Source: Podarcis bocagei
Lineage: Eukaryota
DNA length: 64,000 nt
Direction: 5' to 3' (one strand)
NCBI GenBank assembly: GCA_964188305.1
Contig: OZ076898.1
How positions within the stretch are numbered: position 1 is the first letter of the stretch; each line of letters opens with the position of its first letter. Shown one piece after another: positions 1 through 12,832 of this stretch. The translations under genes and the position numbers were made by a program. The notes under the pieces were generated by a model. The model was given only the letters and a program-made list of their open reading frames with translations, ran no database searches and had not been told where the DNA came from.

Positions 1-178
1 TGCCTGGTTCCCTGTAACTTGGCTTCTTGCAGTGAGGGATCCTCCAGAAGGCCCTCGGCGCTGGACCTCAGTGTCCGGGTAGAATGATGGGGGTGGATAC
101 ACTACTTCAGATATACTGGACTGAGGCCGTTCAGGGCTTTAAAGGTCAGCACCAACACTTTGAATTGCGCTCGGAAAC
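1..178 (-). mobile_element. L2-clade LINE, 3' ORF2 fragment (continues off the window edge)
   Basis: Closely matches 58505-58663, whose minus strand encodes the L2-type C-terminus RAFSVVAPSLWNALP. Confidence 0.75.
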
Positions 179-289
179 TGTACGATGGGGTACTGCATAC
201 AGGATTAAGCACTGGACCGATTTATAAATCCCTAATACAGAAATATTTCATTATTCACTCCATGTAATAAAATTCTGCATATAAGGGCT

Positions 290-449
290 TTGGAATTGAC
301 TCAGGAAAGTTTTGCCATAATTTGACCCTTAGGGATATATACCTATTGTATGATGAACAACCTTTCCCATATATTCTGTAGGAAACAGAAATGTACTGAT
401 TCAATCTCTACCAGCAAGGAAAGAACCTAAGGGTATGACATAGGTAAGT
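290..449 (+). promoter_or_regulatory. Putative promoter and first non-coding exon of OR6-like gene 1 (HD + O/E-like motif; donor AG|GTAAGT at 444)
   Basis: TAATTTG-ACCCTTAGGGA at 318-335. The block is conserved upstream of both paralogs (about 11880-12040 and 18153-18310). Confidence 0.5.
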
Positions 450-993
450 GGATTCCTAATTTCTCTAATACTTAAATTGAAACTTTAGAAACTTTAAGGA
501 GTATGAAGTATTATTTTCCTCTCAGACCCATGCCCAATCTGCTTCAAATGTTAAAACTATTCCATGGCCCACAGAACCGAAGAACACAAAATTGACAAAT
601 TACCTATTGCTGTGAAATTGGAAATAAGTGTTTTGTTTTCATCTCTGCAGCTATCTAAACGAGGCAAGACAGAGAACACGGAGGTCGATGGGAGCATCCA
701 CATTGTTGTCATTGGTGTTGGTGTCTTTGATAAGCTGAGTTAATTTTTATTTTTTCCAAACACATCAGTGAGTATAAGAGAAAGAAAGGCATGAGGATGG
801 GAGTTAAGGGTTTCCATGAGACACTGTGGGAACGGGTTACAGAGGAAAGACCTGAGAGAGGTACACATGATTCTCTTTTCTTTCCTTTCCTACTTCCCTT
901 GTTATCTGTACTCATGTGCCATCCACTTTCTTTTTTCCTTTGTGTTGGCCTAAAATTTATTCTACTAGGGAAGGAGAGGGAATTTCCTTCTAA

Positions 994-1031
994 AATACAA
1001 TACAATACAATACAATACAATACAATACAAT
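994..1031. repeat. (TACAA)n microsatellite
   Basis: Direct reading. Confidence 0.9.
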
Positions 1032-1785
1032 TATATAAAACTATGTATACTTTGGGCTGTATCTAAAGTTGCATGCAGGGAGCTGTACTTGCAGAACTGG
1101 GCTTCCCATTCCTCTCTTATCACCTTGCGGTCTCAAAATCTGCTCTGATGGAGCCTTCCGTGCTCTGCAGCAGATGCTGGGGGGAGCACTACAGAGGAAA
1201 AGAGGGGTGCAAGCTGAAGTCTGTAATGTTAGCAGAACAGCAGCATTATAAAAAATGTTTCAACAATACAATTTCAAATGGAAGATGCTATAACTTTGGA
1301 TAAATTAAATGATAAGCAGAACTGGGTCAAATTTGAGCACTTTTGTGTGCTTTTGATTTCAAAATGGAATATTTAGGAAATTGAAAACATTTTTTCATTT
1401 GGAAATCAATGGGATATAAACATTTTAAAATTTATTTAAAGTGTTTAAGATAAGAACAAAGACCAGATTCAAGACATTGCATAATGGGGATCAATTTTTA
1501 TATTGAATTGCCATGATCTATAGTAACAAACTATAAAAAGGTTCAAATTAGCAGCCATCTTTACACCGCTCTTTTCACTTTGTCTCTGGGTTTAAACAAG
1601 CATAGCTGATGTTTCTCATGCATATTTCCATGCATTATCCCACAGGAATCACCATCCAGCATCTTTTGTGCTTAAATAACTTATGGTGTCCCTACCATTG
1701 TATCATGTAGAGATTTCAACATAGAAGAATTGTTCATCTTGCTGCTCTCCATTTATTCAAGTGACTGTATTAGTTGTACAGCATA

Positions 1786-2793
1786 ATGAGGAACCAGACA
1801 AGGACTGTAAATGAATTTATTCTCCTAGGATTCATTGGGACTAAGAGGGTTGAACCGCTACTTTTCATTTTATTCTTCATCACCTACGCTGTTGCTATGG
1901 TAGGCAACTTTATCGTTATTACCTTGGTGTGGTGTGAGAACAGCCTTCACAGCCCAATGTACATGTTCATTGCTAACCTGTCTTTTTTAGAGATTATATT
2001 CACCACCACAGTTATCCCTAAAATGCTATTCAATTTCATGAGTCAAAGAAAATCTATCGCCTTCCATAGTTGCATCCTGCAGGCTTACATATATTTCTCA
2101 ACAGGTTCCACAGAGTTCTTCCTTTTGGCTATCATGTCATTCGACCGCTATCTGGCCATTTGCAACCCTCTGAGATATGCAGCCATCATGAGCACACATG
2201 TATGTTTTCAACTTATAGCTGCCTCCTGGATGTGGGGCTTCTTTGCAGTCCTACCACCTACAATCCTGGTAGGCCAGCTGCCATTTTGTGGACCCAATTC
2301 CATCAACCATTTCTTTTGTGATGTTGACCCAGTTCTCAAGCTGGCCTGCTTTGATGTAAAGAAGATTGAGATTATTAATTTTGTCAATTCAGCCTTGCTC
2401 CTCCTAGGCTCATTACTGGTGACAAGTGTATCCTATATATTCATTATTGCAACAGTGCTGAGGATCCCCTCAGCAAAAGGACGACAGAAAGCATTCTCTA
2501 CGTGTGCCTCTCACCTAATTGTGGTGACACTGTTCTATGGGAGTTCTATTTTCATTTATGTTCAGCCACAAAAAAACCACTCATTGGACCTCAACAAGGT
2601 AGCCAGCATACTGAACACAGTGATAACTCCATTAATGAATCCCTTTATTTATAGCCTAAGAAACAAAAAAGTCAAGGAGGCCCTGGACCATTTAGTCAGA
2701 AGAAAGATTTCCCCCTTAATTAACCTCAGAGTCCTGAAAACGGAAGAAGGGTCCCAACACTGTGTAGTATTAACTGACAATGTAAGTAAATGA
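1786..2793 (+). CDS. Olfactory receptor, family 6-like (class II), 335 aa
   Basis: Single-exon 7TM ORF with GN, LHSPMY, MSFDRYLAICNPLRY, KAFSTCASHL and PLMNPFIYSLRN. The true ATG is at 1786 (the ORF track starts at TTG 1774), with an acceptor-like AG at 1772-1773. Confidence 0.95.
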   Translation: MRNQTRTVNEFILLGFIGTKRVEPLLFILFFITYAVAMVGNFIVITLVWCENSLHSPMYMFIANLSFLEIIFTTTVIPKMLFNFMSQRKSIAFHSCILQAYIYFSTGSTEFFLLAIMSFDRYLAICNPLRYAAIMSTHVCFQLIAASWMWGFFAVLPPTILVGQLPFCGPNSINHFFCDVDPVLKLACFDVKKIEIINFVNSALLLLGSLLVTSVSYIFIIATVLRIPSAKGRQKAFSTCASHLIVVTLFYGSSIFIYVQPQKNHSLDLNKVASILNTVITPLMNPFIYSLRNKKVKEALDHLVRRKISPLINLRVLKTEEGSQHCVVLTDNVSK

Positions 2794-3719
2794 AGATTAT
2801 GTAGGGGTTTACATGCATGCATTGGAATGGGAAAGAAATATGGTTCAGCTGAAAGTTCTGGAAATATTCTGTAGGTCATTCTTTTTTGGAGATATTGAAC
2901 CTTAATTACAGCTTTCAAACTAACTATTGAAATTCTGTGGTGTTTAAAACTTAAAATCCTCTTTCATGGATAACTCTCACAGTATATTCTTTGAACAGGC
3001 ACTGTCTTTCAACTCCAGATCAGTAAGTTGCTACAAAAACTATCCACTCATGACTCTTTGAGCTTGTTTGGAAACAGTAGCCTACAAATATGGTAGTTAT
3101 TAACAATTTCTATAATTGGGAATCTAAAAAAGCCCCTGAAAACTATAATATGTTATTATTGGAAGGAGAAAATTAACCATCGCTAGAAGCTGTTTTCCTA
3201 GGCTAATGCAAATAATGTAACTGTGTTTCTCAGTGGCATCAAGTTTAATGTTTCAAATTGTACTTTAATTATGATTTATAGATCTCCAACAGTATTTTTT
3301 TTTCTACAAACACGTTTAGCTCTCTAGAGGCAGCTGTGAATTCCTTGAAAGTATTCCTGATAATATTTAACTTTAGAGTTGAAGAATTAAGGAACAATTT
3401 GTGATAACACAGTTTTCTGTTGTGGATAGACTGTCATTTTTCTAACATAAGTGGGATCTGAGGCAATATATTTGGGTGTGGAATGTTCCTGTTTAGGCCT
3501 CCAGCCAATCACCCAACCATGCCCTATTCCAGGGTACTCCATTACACCCCTATTAGTTTTCTGGTTCCCAACCCCACCACCAATTTGGGCCAATGAAAGT
3601 TCTTCCCAATGCAAATAGCGCCATAGACTCATATCTGATCAAGACTACAGCATGAAGCAAATGGTTAAAGGTCAACATCCAAACATAAGGGTCTGATCTA
3701 GTTGTGGTTGGTTTGTTTG

Positions 3720-4030
3720 TTTTAAGAAAAATATTTTTTATTAATTTTCAAACTATTCCAATCAAACCAAATTATTTTAATTTAATACAATTTCTTAAAA
3801 TCAGCTTTCCCACTTCCGATGCAATCGTATGTCCAAGATATGTTATTAGAACTGTTTCGCTACTTCCTTTCTTATTTAGTCTCCAGTTGACATCCTTCAC
3901 TTGTTGTCAAGCCATTCTTCCAGCTGTCCACGTTTTCACCTTACAAACAGCAACCTTGGTTAAATCTTACGTATATATTTATAATCCATTACACGTGTGT
4001 AATCTTTCTTCTTCATTTTTGTTCTAGACC
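3720..4030 (-). mobile_element. Probable L1-like 3' end remnant
   Basis: Begins with a TTTTTTATT poly(A)-side signature like the L1 end at 33444-33470 and is AT-rich; not present in the paralogous flanks. Confidence 0.4.
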
Positions 4031-5777
4031 TGGTGTGTTGAAAGAGTTCAGTTCTTTCTCTTGTTGTTTACAGTGTTGGTATGAGTGGTACAAGGTCACA
4101 TTTAATTGCTCTTCACTGTTATCAAACTAACTTGTGAACCACAGCCATAAATAAATTGCAGAGTGAACTATCCAGACTTCGGCATTAAATTCCCGTCTGC
4201 AATTCTCTCTCAGCACACAACACACAGCAAAAAAATGATAGTGATGACAATGACAATGAATTCATGCTGTTGCTAATTGCAAGTACCATGTTATATTTAG
4301 TTTGGCACACAATCAGAGATGGAAAACAGATTCTTCAGTCTTCAGCAGTGTGCAAACGTATGTGTGACTGACGAAATGAAATGGGTTTATCCTGCCTGAC
4401 AAACACCTACAATAAAACAATAAAGAGGGTGGTGTCTCTACTGCAATAGACACAAGTTAATATCACCAAGGCAACTATCTATAAACAAACAATAAAACCC
4501 ATAAAATGGCAAAAGTAGTTTCTTTCCAAAATAGATTTTATCTTAAATAATTGCGAATGCAGTAAATAAAGAATCCATTTGTGATATATCAGTAGTTCTG
4601 TGCTCGTTTTTTGCTCTTTCCAAAATTGGTTTTATTTCAAAAAGTAATAACCAGGACACCCCAAAAGCTGTTGAGACTTTTTCTTTTTCTCAAAAACTCC
4701 AAAAAATGATGGAAGACAGCCCTACTATATGGTCTATCTCACTAAGTCTCTCTGCTCTGCTCCACTCCCCTCCCCTGCCTGATACTTAGCCTTCTTCCTT
4801 TGCCTGATTAGTTCACAGCCACCCTTCAGGGCACACACATTCTTCCCCCTTCTGCATCATAGTCTGTCAATTCAATCCCAGGATTTATGACAGCTGGATT
4901 GTGATTGGCCTTGCATATGTGATTATGCTATCCATATGTCACCCTGTTCTGTGTGGATTCCCCATCAAGGGGTTCCCAGACAAATAGAATTGTGGCTAAG
5001 CCCTGAAATTACAACACAAAACTCCTGTGATTTTCTGATTTCAGAGTTGCAAATGAATTTTTTATGGAAGCAAATAACATGGAAATGAGTGCTAAACTTC
5101 CACCAGATTCTGCTAGTTTTTCAGATGTGGCTTTTACATCGTGTGAAAGATCACATAAAACATGGAAATTATCAGGTAATAAAACATCAGGAAAATGCAG
5201 TGAAATACTGTCTGAAGCTTAAGTATGGCATCCAAAGTGCTCAACCCCTCACTGTCACCATCCCACAATCAAGTGTACACAGCATAAACACAAGGCTGGT
5301 GTCCCACCAAACACAAGGCATAAACACAAGACTTAACAAGACCCTGGTGTCCCATCAAAGATTATTTGTGCATTTTTATTTGCTTACGCCTTAATGGTTC
5401 AAAAATTGTATAGAAAAAGGGTGGGGTTTTGAAAATTTGAGCTGTTGGCAGCAAAACAAGAAGATATTTGAAGGGGGTGAAAGAGAGGAAAACTTTGTAA
5501 TTTGATGGTGGGGGCAAGAAATTGCACCTAAAATGTTAAATATCTCAAGTGGTTGAGGGTCATTTTCAAACTCCAGCCTTTACAGAAATGTCTTCCAAAC
5601 ACATGCAGCCATGCAGGGCTTTTCACAAACAGGCTGAGAGACTGGTAACACTTCATAGAATCCAGAGAATGTCACCATGTCCCATGAGGTTTTTGTAGAA
5701 AGTGCTGCTAAACAATAAGCATAAAGACCCCTCCACACCACTGCAAGTGCAAATAGGGCTTTTCTAAAGGTCAAAGA

Positions 5778-6118
5778 AGAGGGACACGGGTGGTGCTGTG
5801 GGTTAAACCACAGAGCCTAGGACATGCTGATCAGAAGGTCGGTGGTTCGAATCCCCGTGACAGGGTGAGCTCCCACTGATCGGTCCCAGCTCCTGCCAAC
5901 CGAGCAGTTCGAAAGCACATCAAACTGCAAGTAGATAAATAGGTACCGCTCCGGTGGGAAGGTAAACAGCGTTTCCGTGCGCTGCTCTGGTTCGCCAGAA
6001 GCGGCTTAGTCATGCTGGCCACATGACCTGGAAGCTGTATGCCTGCTCCCTCGGCCAATAAAGCGAGATGAGCACCGCAACCCCAGAGTCGGTCACGACT
6101 GGACCTAATGGTCAGGAG
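5778..6118 (+). mobile_element. Sauria SINE (tRNA-derived head), 13-bp TSD
   Basis: Head GGGACACGGGTGGTGCTGTGGGTTAA with B-box GGTTCGAATCC, a typical body and a Bov-B-like 3' part (CAGAGTCGGTCACGACTGG). TAAAGGTCAAAGA is duplicated at 5765-5777 and 6119-6131. Confidence 0.92.
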
Positions 6119-6589
6119 TAAAGGTCAAAGAGCAATACCTTGACTATAGCCCCATTAGATCATGCTATCCTTTGAGGCTTACAGCTGAGTAGCCTTTTGA
6201 AGGCCCACATGACCCCATGGCACTCTGCCTCTTTCATGGGGACAAATTTATGCACCACTTGGGTGTAAAAAGCAGTTTATGAAGAAAATAAAACAACAAC
6301 ATCAACATTAAAAGGGTTTAAAAACAACTATTGAAAACATTTTTTAAAAAAATCAGCAATAAACTAAAAACAGAATAAAATATGAACACTAACACTGCTA
6401 TAGTGACAGGGGGCAGATCAGTACTTTAGATGAGTACCCATGCATTAGTTCTTATACAGAACACAGTGAGTCTTTCTTGTTTTATTGCTCTCAACCCTGA
6501 AGCTGCACCTTCAGGCATTGAAAATTTCATTTTTGTTATTAGAACTACTCATTCAACTAATGTTAACTTCCTGAAATGGCCTACATTAT

Positions 6590-6666
6590 GTTTTAATGTA
6601 TTATATACTCTGATGTTAGCCGCCCTGAGCCCGGTCCTGGCCAGGGAGGGCAGGATATAAATAAAA

Positions 6667-6714
<48 letters not shown>

Positions 6715-6748
6715 GCTGCTGCTGCTGCTGCTGCTACTACTACTACTA
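6590..6748 (+). repeat. L2-type 3' end followed by compound (ATT)n(GCT)n(ACT)n microsatellite
   Basis: GCCGCCCTGAGCCC...GGGAGGGCAGGATATAAATAAA, then trinucleotide tracts at 6667-6748. Confidence 0.7.
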
Positions 6749-7234
6749 CATAAATCCAACTCATTATGTCCTTAACCATAAATATAGTTTACGGCCTGAA
6801 TATACACTGGCAGCCCTTTTGTTTCCATGCCAAATTTGAGGTGTTTAGATATTAAAAGCCTTATGTGGCCCAGGACCCCAAGCACTGACTTTCCCTATGT
6901 AAAACTACTGGGACTGTGACATCATCATGAGAAACCCTTCTCTTTGTGCCACTGTTGAGGGAGGTCCAGAAGGTGGTGACAAGAGAACAGGCCCTTTTTG
7001 TAGTCGTATCTCATTTTTAAAAAAGAATGCTTTCCGCAGAAAACCCAACTTCTCATCATTTCAGTGCCAGGTAAATGCAGTTCTCTTTTCCTGGGCATTT
7101 CTAATATTAGTTTCTGGGCAGAAACTAATAATATAATATAATATTTTTAATTTTTTGGTAATTTCATCACTAAATAAGTTTAAAGCAATATATAAGGATG
7201 CTTAAATAAGAATCGATATACATTTAAATAACAT

Positions 7235-8185
7235 TTACAGTTTTGAATCTTTCTGATAAAACCTAAGCACTTTCCTCACTAGCCTCCTTATAGCATTTTT
7301 CATCTCTGTATTTCTTAATGTGTAAATGATTGGATTCAGCACTGGGCTGATAACTGTGTAAAGAATGGAGACCACCTTATCCACTGTAAATTTCTTGAAG
7401 GGCTGGTCATAAATATAGATACATGGGATGAAGTGTAAACTCACTACTGTGATCTGGGCTGCACATGTTGAAAGAGCTTTGTGCTTCCCTTCTGAGACAT
7501 GATTTCTTATCTTGAACAAGATGATGCTGTATGAAATGAGCAAAGCAATGAAGGTTCCTGTCACAACAAGTCCATTGTTGGAGACCATGAGTAGTTCAAC
7601 AGTATAGATGTCTGTGCAGGCCAATCTGACCACCTGTGGAACATCGCAGTAGAAATTATCCAGTATGTTGGGACCACAGAATGGTAACTGCAGGATCAGT
7701 GCTACCTGGACCATGGAGTGAATGGAGCCACCTAGCCATGCACACAAAATGATCCCAAAGCAGGTTTTCTTGTTCATGATGATCATGTACTGCAATGGCT
7801 TGTGAATAGCTAGATATCGATCAACTGCCATCATTGCAAGAGAGAAAACGACTGTACCCCCAATGAAGTGAAAAAAGAAAATCTGTGTCAAACATCCATT
7901 GAAGGAGATGGTTTTGTTCTGGGAAAAGAGCACTTGCAGCAATTTAGGTGCAGTTACTGTAGATTCACTAACATCCAGAAAAGCCAAGTTGGCCAGTAAA
8001 AAATATAAGGGCATGTGGAGGTGGTGGTCTGATATTACAGTGATTATAATGGTGACATTCCCTAACCAAGTAGCTGTATAAACTGTCAGGAATAGAAAAA
8101 ATAAAAACTGTTCAAATTCTGAATTTTGTGACATTCCTACTAATACAAATTCTGTAACTCTGCTTGTGGAGTTATCCACTGCCAT
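7235..8185 (-). CDS. Olfactory receptor, family 4 (OR4D-like), 316 aa
   Basis: Motifs GN, MAVDRYLAIHKPLQY, FYCDVPQV, KALSTCAAQITVVSLHFIPCIYIY and PVLNPIIYTLRN. ATG at 8185; minus-strand acceptor TTCCTCCCTCCAG with AG at 8209-8208; candidate upstream donor CAG|GTAATA at 8620. Confidence 0.95.
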   Translation of the reverse strand: MAVDNSTSRVTEFVLVGMSQNSEFEQFLFFLFLTVYTATWLGNVTIIITVISDHHLHMPLYFLLANLAFLDVSESTVTAPKLLQVLFSQNKTISFNGCLTQIFFFHFIGGTVVFSLAMMAVDRYLAIHKPLQYMIIMNKKTCFGIILCAWLGGSIHSMVQVALILQLPFCGPNILDNFYCDVPQVVRLACTDIYTVELLMVSNNGLVVTGTFIALLISYSIILFKIRNHVSEGKHKALSTCAAQITVVSLHFIPCIYIYDQPFKKFTVDKVVSILYTVISPVLNPIIYTLRNTEMKNAIRRLVRKVLRFYQKDSKL

Positions 8186-8394
8186 TCTGAAGACTTGTGA
8201 CAAATATCTGGAGGGAGGAAATAATATTTTTTTTATTTCATTTTATCCACATTTTCATTTGGTTATCAGTTTATTTCTTCACAATGTTCAAAGCATATGG
8301 GTGATTCTATTTTTGGTCACTTTACCTCGTGAAAAATTTCAAGAACTTAAATTTTGTCTTAAAAAATCTTATCTGTCTCCTGCTTTTGGACTTC

Positions 8395-8482
8395 CTATAG
8401 GCATCTGCTTGGCTGCTGTGACTGGAAAGCAGAATACTGGGCTTGACTGGCCATGTGCCTGATTCAGCAGTGCCTTCTTATG
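8395..8482 (+). mobile_element. Old CR1-like 3' end fragment
   Basis: GGCATCTGCTTGGCTGCTGTG...AGAATACTGGGCTTGACTGGCC...TTCTTATG; similar copy at 10380-10462. Confidence 0.5.
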
Positions 8483-8871
8483 CCCTCCTGTGATCTTATG
8501 TTTATCCATCCAGTTTAATATTGTCTACTCTGAATGCCAGAAACTCTGCAGAAAGAATTTACTACCATCACGCTAAAAAGTTAAAAAAAAAAATCTCATC
8601 CATAAGAAGGCTAATATTACCTGCTGTCCAGCAACATCCATGTCAATAATAAAAACACTGAGGGAGTAAGTTGGGCTCAATAGTTTCCAACCATATGCAG
8701 ATTACATCTATCAAATGATAACTTCTATACCTTTGCTTCCATTTTAATCACACTCTGCTTTCCATGCTATTCTTCTAATCTGCACATCTATGTATCTCTC
8801 TGCACTTCCCCACCTCCCTGCTCTTCATTATTAGGAATAGGCTGAGATATAACAAAAATCCTTATTATAAT

Positions 8872-8946
8872 ATTGTTTTTACTGTTCTGCTGGGAGCCAC
8901 CCAGAGTGACTGGCAAAACCAAGCCAGATGGGTGAGGAATAAATTA
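8872..8946 (+). mobile_element. L2 3'-terminal fragment
   Basis: GGGAGCCACCCAGAGTG...GCCAGATGGG matches the reverse complement of 58320-58367. Confidence 0.6.
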
Positions 8947-9486
8947 ACCACCACCACTACCACCACAGTGTTTCTTGAGTTATCTGTGCCTGTTGTAGAA
9001 GAGACAGATGGATTCCATTTAAGGGGCTGCACAGCAGCTCTCCCACTTTGCTTTTCTGTGTTGACACTGGAGTCAGTGGGATTGTGTCCATTAAGATGTG
9101 ACTATTTAGAACAACAACAAAGAATTCAACAAAGAAGCAATTAGAAGTGGTCCAATACCTTTTAGAGAAGGATATGTACCTTCTTTGGAAGGCAATTATG
9201 TAGCAGACAAGCCTAATTTTCCCCAAAACAAAACAAAAATATATTCACCACATATGAAAATTTGCTGTTCATCCTATATGTTATGTCCCTCAATTTATTA
9301 TTTAGCAGTACAATGCATCTGTACCTAGATGCTTCAATTGGTATGTTGACCTGCCCTCATTGCTTGTGCAATCATTTTTAATGAATTATTGAATCTAAAA
9401 GCCATTGCCCAATCTCACAGGACTTTCTGTGGCTTTCACACTAAATGTGTTTAAGTAGCAAAATTAAGATGATAACTAGCTAGCTA

Positions 9487-9489
<3 letters not shown>

Positions 9490-9527
<38 letters not shown>
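9490..9527. repeat. (GA)n microsatellite
   Basis: Direct reading. Confidence 0.95.
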
Positions 9528-9529
<2 letters not shown>

Positions 9530-10319
9530 CCAGTCTGAAGGAAGCAAATTAAAGTCCCATAATGTCAATGGGAAAACCTCAAATCTGCCATTAAAATAAA
9601 ATGCTTCACTTTAGTTGCCATAACATTGTGTGAGAAACAAGCCTGAAACTCTTGAATTGATACATGTTAAATGAAATGAAATAAGTGCACCATAAATACC
9701 TGATGTGTCCAAGATCTGAGATTCTACTTCACCAAGACCTTCCAAAATCTAATGTACTTACAGCTTTGATGTGATCACTGGTATTGTAATAAGCAGGAGA
9801 GAAAATTAGCCTACTTCTGTGAGAAAACACAGTCAACTTTGGCTTCCCCATGTGGTCTCTGAAGCTGTTGCCTAAATTTAATTTAGCAAGAGACCATAAC
9901 ATCTCTTGGGTCTTCAACTGCTACTGCTTTAGCTCTTCCTAGAAATGTTTCAGAGGTATCATTATGTAAGGAAAGCTGCATCAATGGACCAGTTACATGA
10001 TTGCTTCTCCAAATTTGATTCTCATTTCATTCTTTTTCTGCTGAAAGTGTGTCAGGGTATGCATTGTGTTTGTGCTAGTTGGTCACATACAGTGTTAGGT
10101 AGCTCACAACAAGGGTGTGTGGTGACCTTTGAGGAGTTTGATGCTGCTTCTCTGTTTAGAAATCTGCCAGCTCTTGCAAAAGTGATTTGAAGAAAAAAGA
10201 AGAAGAAAATAAATGTTTCGGCTCCCTAGAGGCCATCAGAAATCCACCTGCTTTATTATGCACTAGCTGCAGCTTCTACACTATCAGTGGTCTTCACTAT
10301 CAGTGACTATATGCCTCTG

Positions 10320-10462
10320 GCTGGGAATCATAGACCAGGGAGTGCTCTGTGCTCAGTTTCTGCTTGTGAGCTTCTCATCGGCATCTGCTTGGCCACTGGG
10401 AGAACAAAATGCTAGATTAGATAGGACTTTGGCATTATCCAGCACATGCTTCATATACTCTT
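10320..10462 (+). mobile_element. Old CR1-like 3' end fragment
   Basis: Similar to 8395-8482. Confidence 0.5.
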
Positions 10463-10464
10463 AA

Positions 10465-10750
10465 GTTTAAAGGCAGTTTCGTGTATAATGCAGCTGCTGT
10501 AATCTAGCCTAGGGTTTATCAGAGCATAGACCATTGAAGTCAATTTATGTCTATCCAGAAAGCACTCCACAAAACACATGCCATTTGTGCATCTAAGGAC
10601 AGTAATAGATCCAAGTGTACCTGTAAGGAGCACAACTGCAACTTCAGGGGGAGGGTGACCCCATACAGAAAAGGATGTACCCTACCAAAACAAACTGAGG
10701 AACCCCCCTCCAAACAGTGTCTCTTTCTTTGCACTGAGCTTCAAATTCTT
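10465..10750 (-). mobile_element. Degraded L2 ORF2 fragment
   Basis: Minus-strand translation FLDRHKLTSMVYALINPRLDYS resembles the L2 motif LVHALVTSRLDYCN. Confidence 0.6.
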
Positions 10751-12104
10751 GGCCTTCATTAATTGTTACTGTTTTTTGCCTTTCCCTCATTTTTTTTTTG
10801 GTTTTTTTTTTTTTTTTTTTTTGCCTTTCCCTAAGTTAAAAAAAGGCTTAATATTGTTAGGAGTTTCTGAAGTTCTGTATAATTTGGAGGAAATGGAGTG
10901 GGCTGGATCAGCATAGAATAAGGGCCCCCATAAGGGGCCTGAGCCATGTACTAAACTCAGGTTAGAGCCTCTGCCACTCTGGAATCTCTTACTCTAGCCG
11001 CCCAGTGACACCCTGGTAGCTTGGCTTGCCCCCTCCCAGTGGTCAACACTGGGCAATCCCATAGAGGGGTGTTGGGTGCTCCCCTGACCCCAATGGAGTG
11101 TCATTGCACCTGTAGGGGCTCGGAAGAAAAAACTACACTATTCCACCACTACATTGTGGGCTGTGTAATCTCTCTTCAGGGAATCAGATTATTTGTCAGA
11201 GGTTCCAGGTTGCCCGCAAGATTGAGGGGGCCTAGCACACACTGCATGTATGTGACATCACACACGTTGTGCATGGACGCATGCAGGACATCGCAACATC
11301 TGGAGTAGGTTGGGTGTTCTGGAAACTGTGACGCAATGTGCAACACCTGTGACGTCATGCATGTGCACTGTGTCTGATCCCCTCAACATTGAGGCGCCCT
11401 TTCCAATAAAGATTGAGGGAGCTGGAGACACATTGGCCCCCTAGAGTTGGCGCATCTGTTGGTTGCAATGAAATACCTGGAGCTTTTCTCAAAGTTCCTC
11501 ACATGTTTCACCTGAGGAGAGACATCCAAATTCCACAAAAGGGGTCATATTGGAGGTTAACCAGCAAAAGGGCATCACCCAATACTACCCCACATGACAA
11601 TAGGCTTGTGGACAGGTTGTCTCTATACCGCATTGTGTTTAAGAGTGTGCCCTTGTTGATTTATATGGCTCAACAATTGTCTACACACAAGGACAGGCTC
11701 TACACTCAATAAGCAATACATGAGAATAACAGAACAAGTGCACAACTCAAATTCTTATGTTCTACACACAAATGTAATGTGAGATCAGCCTGATTTTAAG
11801 CGATGGGAGGAACATTATACTTTATGTTAGGGCATTGAATCTGAGGTCAGAGAACTCTTAAAGTTCTGCATATATGTGCTTTGGAATTGACTCAGGAAAG
11901 TGTTGCCATAGTTTGATCCTTTGGGATGCATACCTGCTGAATGATGAACAATTTTTTTCCATATATTCTGTAGGAAACAGAGTTGTACTAATTCAGTCTC
12001 TATCATTAAGAAAAGAAGAGTGGGGCATGACACAGGTTGGTGGCTACTTAATTCTTAGAATATTTAAACTGCAACTTTTTTAAAAATTAAAAGGGTATTA
12101 AGTA

Positions 12105-12346
12105 CAGTGGTACCTCTGGTTAAGAACTTAATTCGTTCCAGAGGTCCGTTCTTAACCTGAAACTGCTCTTATCCTGAAGCACCACTTTAGCTAATGGGGC
12201 CTCCTGCTGCTGCTGTGCCGCCGCTGCACGATTTCTGTTCTCATCCTGAAGCAAAGTTCTTAACCCAAGGTAATATTTCTGGGTTAGCAGGGTCTGTAAC
12301 CTGAAGCGTATGTAACCTGAAGCATATGTAACCCGAGGTACCACTG
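12105..12346. mobile_element. Non-autonomous Tc1/mariner (Tigger/pogo-like) MITE, 242 bp
   Basis: TA|CAGTGGTACCTC...GAGGTACCACTG|TA; empty site in paralog near 500-520 (GAAGTATTATTTTCC). Confidence 0.92.
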
Positions 12347-12832
12347 TATTATCCTCCTCCAATTGCTTCAAATATTAAAATGATTCCATGGCCCACAAAA
12401 CTAACAGTATGAAGGTATAAAAGAAACTTGAAAAGAAGCAATATGACCCTGAATGAACAAATTACTTATTGCTGTCAAACTGGAAATATGACTGTGAGGG
12501 GTGTGTCTCCAGTATGAATCTCTATAGCTTTCTGAATGAGGCAAGACAGATAAAAACAATGTATCTCAATGAGACCATCCATGGTAACGTGATTTAATTC
12601 TTACTTTCACAAACAAATCAAGGAAGATAAGAGGGAGCAAAGGATAATAATGGGAAGTTTATGGTTCCATGAGATACTATGGGTGCAAATTATATTTGCA
12701 AAGAGAGAGGGTTGCAGAATGGTTCTCTCTTCTCTCCTACTTCCCTTGCTCTTTCTACTAATGTGCCATCCACTTTCTGGTGCACATATTTTTTTTCTGT
12801 TTTGCTTAAAAGGTATTGCAGCAATACTACTA

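Noticed and set aside
1774-1785. TTG-initiated N-terminal extensions in the ORF track (also 8186-8203)
   Set aside because: Near-cognate starts; paralogs and OR consensus point to the ATGs at 1786 and 8185.
6549-6779. Low-complexity ORFs (poly-I/A/V, poly-S/T, CV repeats, poly-N/Y, poly-L)
   Set aside because: They are translations of microsatellites.
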